Source of the DNA: an uncultured Gammaproteobacteria bacterium
GTDB taxonomy: Bacteria; Pseudomonadota; Gammaproteobacteria; JACCXJ01
Reading direction: 5' to 3'
Assembly (NCBI GenBank): GCA_963764725.1
Contig: CAVXTM010000011.1
Coordinates: forward strand, 32,001 to 96,000
Length of the DNA: 64,000 nt
Made by a program: the position numbers and the translations under genes
The notes under the pieces: generated by a model
What the model was told of the DNA's origin: nothing
Database searches by the model: none
The model's input: the letters and a program-made list of their open reading frames with translations, nothing else
In this document: piece after piece, positions 58,115-64,000 of the stretch
How the letters are laid out: every line of letters starts with the position of its first letter
Position numbering within the stretch: position 1 is the first letter of the stretch

Positions 58115-59652
58115 ACGTAAAGAATTGGCTTTCCATCGCCGCCGTGGTGTTGGTGGGGATCGTCCTCGGCTTTTTCATCTTGCGCCTGGAACCCGCCGAC
58201 ACCGAGGAGCATGAGGCTCAGAGTGATCAGGAGGAAACCCTTATGACCAAGGGACCTCACGGCGGCCGGCTGTTGACTCAAGACGGATTCGAGATCGAGA
58301 TCACGATTTACAAACGAGACGTGCCGCCGCAATTCCGGGTCTATGCCTATGAAAAGGGAACGCCCTTATTCCCTGAGCAAGTCGAACTGACTATGGAGTT
58401 GCACCGGCTAGGGGGCACGGTGGACGTGATCAACTTCCAGAAGGAGGGAGACTTTCTGCGCGGCGATCGAGTCATCGAAGAGCCGCACTCCTTCGACGTG
58501 AAGGTCAGCGCGGTGCGCGAAAGCCGCCGCTATGAGTGGGAATACACACAAGTCGAAGGCAGGGTCCAGCTTTCCCATGAAGCGTTGCAAAGCTCGGGCA
58601 TAGGCCTTATGACTGCTGGCCCCGCGCGCATCAAGACGCTCTTGGAGCTACCTGGGGAGATTAAGCTCAATCAAAACCATTTGGCCCATGTCGTCCCTCG
58701 ATTCGCCGGTGTGGTCACCGCCGTCCATAAAAATCTGGGCGATAGGGTAAGGAGGGGCGAGGTTATCGCGATCGTCGACAGCCTCGAGCTCGCGGACGTA
58801 AAGGGCCAATACATCGAATCGGTGCATCGGCTTGAGCTTGCACAGACCAGTTTCATTCGGGAACAGAGCCTGTGGAGGAACAAGATCTCACCCGAGCAGG
58901 ATTACCTTAGCAGCCGTCACGCCTTGGAAGAAGCAGAGATTACCAAGCAAATCGCCGCGCAGAAACTGCTGGCGTTGGGACTCTCTCACGCCGACCTCGC
59001 CACGCTGTCCATAGAGCCGGAAGGTACGGTCAAGCTGCATCGGCTGCGGACGCCTTTCCGCGAGCAGATGCTCACACGCTATGAGATCCGCGCACCGCTC
59101 GATGGTGTCGTCATCGAGAAGCACCTCGTGCTGGGCGAGGCTATCAAGGAGGACACGGCGATCTTTATGATCGCGGATCTCTCGTCGGTATGGGGAGAGT
59201 TCAACGTCTACGCTAAGGATTTAAACGCGGTCCGGCTCGGCCAGGCGGTCACTGTCAGATCCGAAGTCTTGGCGATCGAAGCCACCGCTACCGTGTCTTA
59301 CCTCGGCCCGTTGGTGGGCGAAGAGACTCGGTCCGCGCGCGCCCATGTGCACATCGCAAACCCGGACGGGCGCTGGCGGCCGGGTCTCTTCGTGACGGTC
59401 GAGGTGGTGCAAGAAGAAATCACGGTACCGGTCGCGGTCGCGGCCGAGGCTATCCAAACCTACCGTGATTGGCAGGTGGTGTTCGCGCAATACGGAGATC
59501 TCTTCGAGATACGGCCGCTGGAATTGGGGCGCAGTGACGGGCAATGGGTGGAGGTGGTTCGGGGCCTCTCGGCCGGGGAGCGCTACGCCGCGCAGAACAG
59601 CTTCGTTCTCAAGTCCGAGCTCGGCAAATCCACCGCCACCCATGAGCATTAA
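58111..59652 (+). CDS. czcB: RND periplasmic adaptor
   Basis: KGPHGGRLL, EEPHSFDV, IRAPLDG, WRPGLFV, ends THEH. Confidence 0.85.
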   Translation: MNVKNWLSIAAVVLVGIVLGFFILRLEPADTEEHEAQSDQEETLMTKGPHGGRLLTQDGFEIEITIYKRDVPPQFRVYAYEKGTPLFPEQVELTMELHRLGGTVDVINFQKEGDFLRGDRVIEEPHSFDVKVSAVRESRRYEWEYTQVEGRVQLSHEALQSSGIGLMTAGPARIKTLLELPGEIKLNQNHLAHVVPRFAGVVTAVHKNLGDRVRRGEVIAIVDSLELADVKGQYIESVHRLELAQTSFIREQSLWRNKISPEQDYLSSRHALEEAEITKQIAAQKLLALGLSHADLATLSIEPEGTVKLHRLRTPFREQMLTRYEIRAPLDGVVIEKHLVLGEAIKEDTAIFMIADLSSVWGEFNVYAKDLNAVRLGQAVTVRSEVLAIEATATVSYLGPLVGEETRSARAHVHIANPDGRWRPGLFVTVEVVQEEITVPVAVAAEAIQTYRDWQVVFAQYGDLFEIRPLELGRSDGQWVEVVRGLSAGERYAAQNSFVLKSELGKSTATHEH

Positions 59653-62827
<3,175 letters not shown>

Positions 62828-62834
62828 AGCAACG

Positions 62835-63649
62835 ATGGGCTTGCGACGCGGTATTCAGCAACCGGGCGCGTTCGCCGCTTTGGGGGCGGCTTTCCTTTTC
62901 GGTGCGGGCACACCGCTCGCGAAGCTCCTGCTCGTAGGGTGGATCCGTGGCTGCTCGCGGGCTTGCTCTACCGGGGCTCCGGGGTGGGTCTTGCGCTGTA
63001 TCGCTCGCTGTGCGGTATGCGGGCGGCGCGGCTTTGCGCAGAGGAAACGCTATGGCTCGCCGGGGCGATTGGCGCGGGCGGCATCATCGGGCTGGTCTTG
63101 CTGATGTTCGGCCTGACCGCAATGCCCGCCTGCGGCGCATCGCTCCTCTTGAATGCGGAAGCGGTGTTCACCGCGCTCTTGGCATGGTTTGCGTTCCGGG
63201 AGAACTTCGACCGGCGCATCGCGCTCGGGATGATCGCGATCGTGGCGGGCGCGGTGATCCTGAGCTGGCCGGGCGAAGCCCGCTTTGCCGGGCTGTGGCC
63301 GCCGCTCTTGGTGCTCGGGGCGTGCCTCGCGTGGGGCATCGATAACAACCTCACCCGCAAGGTATCGTTGACCGACGCCGCGTGGATCGCGCAGGTCAAA
63401 GGGCTTTGCGCGGGCACGGTCAATCTGGCCTTGGCCTTCTCGCTCGGCGCGACGCCGCCGCGCCTGTCCGCTATCGCCGCGGCGATGGCCGTGGGCTTCC
63501 TAGCTTACGGGGTCAGCCTCGCACTCTTCGTCGTGGGGCTGCGCCACCTCGGCACCGCACGCACCGGTGCGTACTTTTCGATCGCACCGTTCTTCGGGGC
63601 CCTTGCGGCCCTGTGGGCTCCGGACGCACACCACAGGCACCGCCACTGA
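62835..63649 (+). pseudogene. EamA/DMT transporter, frameshifted at ~62938 and 3'-truncated
   Basis: AAFLFGAGTPLAKLLL / DPWLLAGLLY.GSG, WGIDNNLTRKVS, LGTARTGAYFS. Confidence 0.85.
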
Positions 63650-63690
63650 TGGGCCGGGCTTTGCTGAAAACCGCGCTCCTCTTCATCGCC

Positions 63691-63765
63691 AGGGATCTTC
63701 TCCTCCACCGTCCTCAGCCTGATGATCGCACCGGTGCTGTATCGGTTATTCGAACGCCATCCCGC
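63691..63765 (+). pseudogene. C-terminal fragment of another RND permease
   Basis: GIFSSTVLSLMIAPVLYRLFE. Confidence 0.5.
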
Positions 63766-63873
63766 CGTAAGAAACGATTTTTTTCCTCTTGCATAATTGT
63801 CTCCTTTTTTTCAAACAATATATTGCACGCAGACATTGATCATCCGTTCCAATCCCAACAGAGGAGACGATCT

Positions 63874-64000
63874 ATGAACAGACAAGCACGTCGTTTGAGT
63901 TCAGTCATCGGCGGTGCCCTGGTGGCGACGGCCTGTGCGCCGGCGGGTGTCACGTCGTATGCCGGACGGGAAGTTGCGGCACCCACCGAAAAGATGATCG
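63874..64000 (+). CDS. 5' end of an exported protein or lipoprotein (runs off the window)
   Basis: GAGGAG RBS; MNRQARRLSSVIGGALVATAC. Confidence 0.6.
   Translation, partial: MNRQARRLSSVIGGALVATACAPAGVTSYAGREVAAPTEKMI

Overview
This is a GC-rich bacterial window, probably from a gammaproteobacterium (an inference from the DUF1820, mobA-moeA-moaE and avtA block). Intact modules alternate with heavily decayed accessory DNA. The recognisable modules are chrA, an AmmeMemoRadiSam radical SAM gene, a SagB-type nitroreductase, a GT4+GH130 pair, MarR with an MBL-fold lipoprotein, a hemA/C/D/B cluster with an embedded two-component system, three Hsp20 genes, a sigma54-type activator, a HlyD/ABC-2 exporter, a RelE-type TA pair, molybdopterin genes and a czcCBA-like efflux operon. 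Mobile DNA includes a complete ISL3 with an 8-bp target-site duplication, remnants of IS1595, IS1182 and a RAYT-like transposase, and integron-cassette scars without an integrase. The best candidates for undescribed biology lie at 44.5-55.4 kb: (1) a cluster of a DUF3050 heme-oxygenase-like protein, a pentaheme cytochrome c, a monoheme protein and a His-rich membrane protein, bracketed by ~90-bp direct repeats; (2) pairs of a secreted Cys-rich protein and a membrane-anchored or exported companion. A Gln/Gly-rich secreted protein with duplicated Cys-pair domains (31.7 kb) is also notable. All family calls come from motif recognition by eye, and no database search was run. Several frameshifts sit in homopolymers and may be assembly errors.
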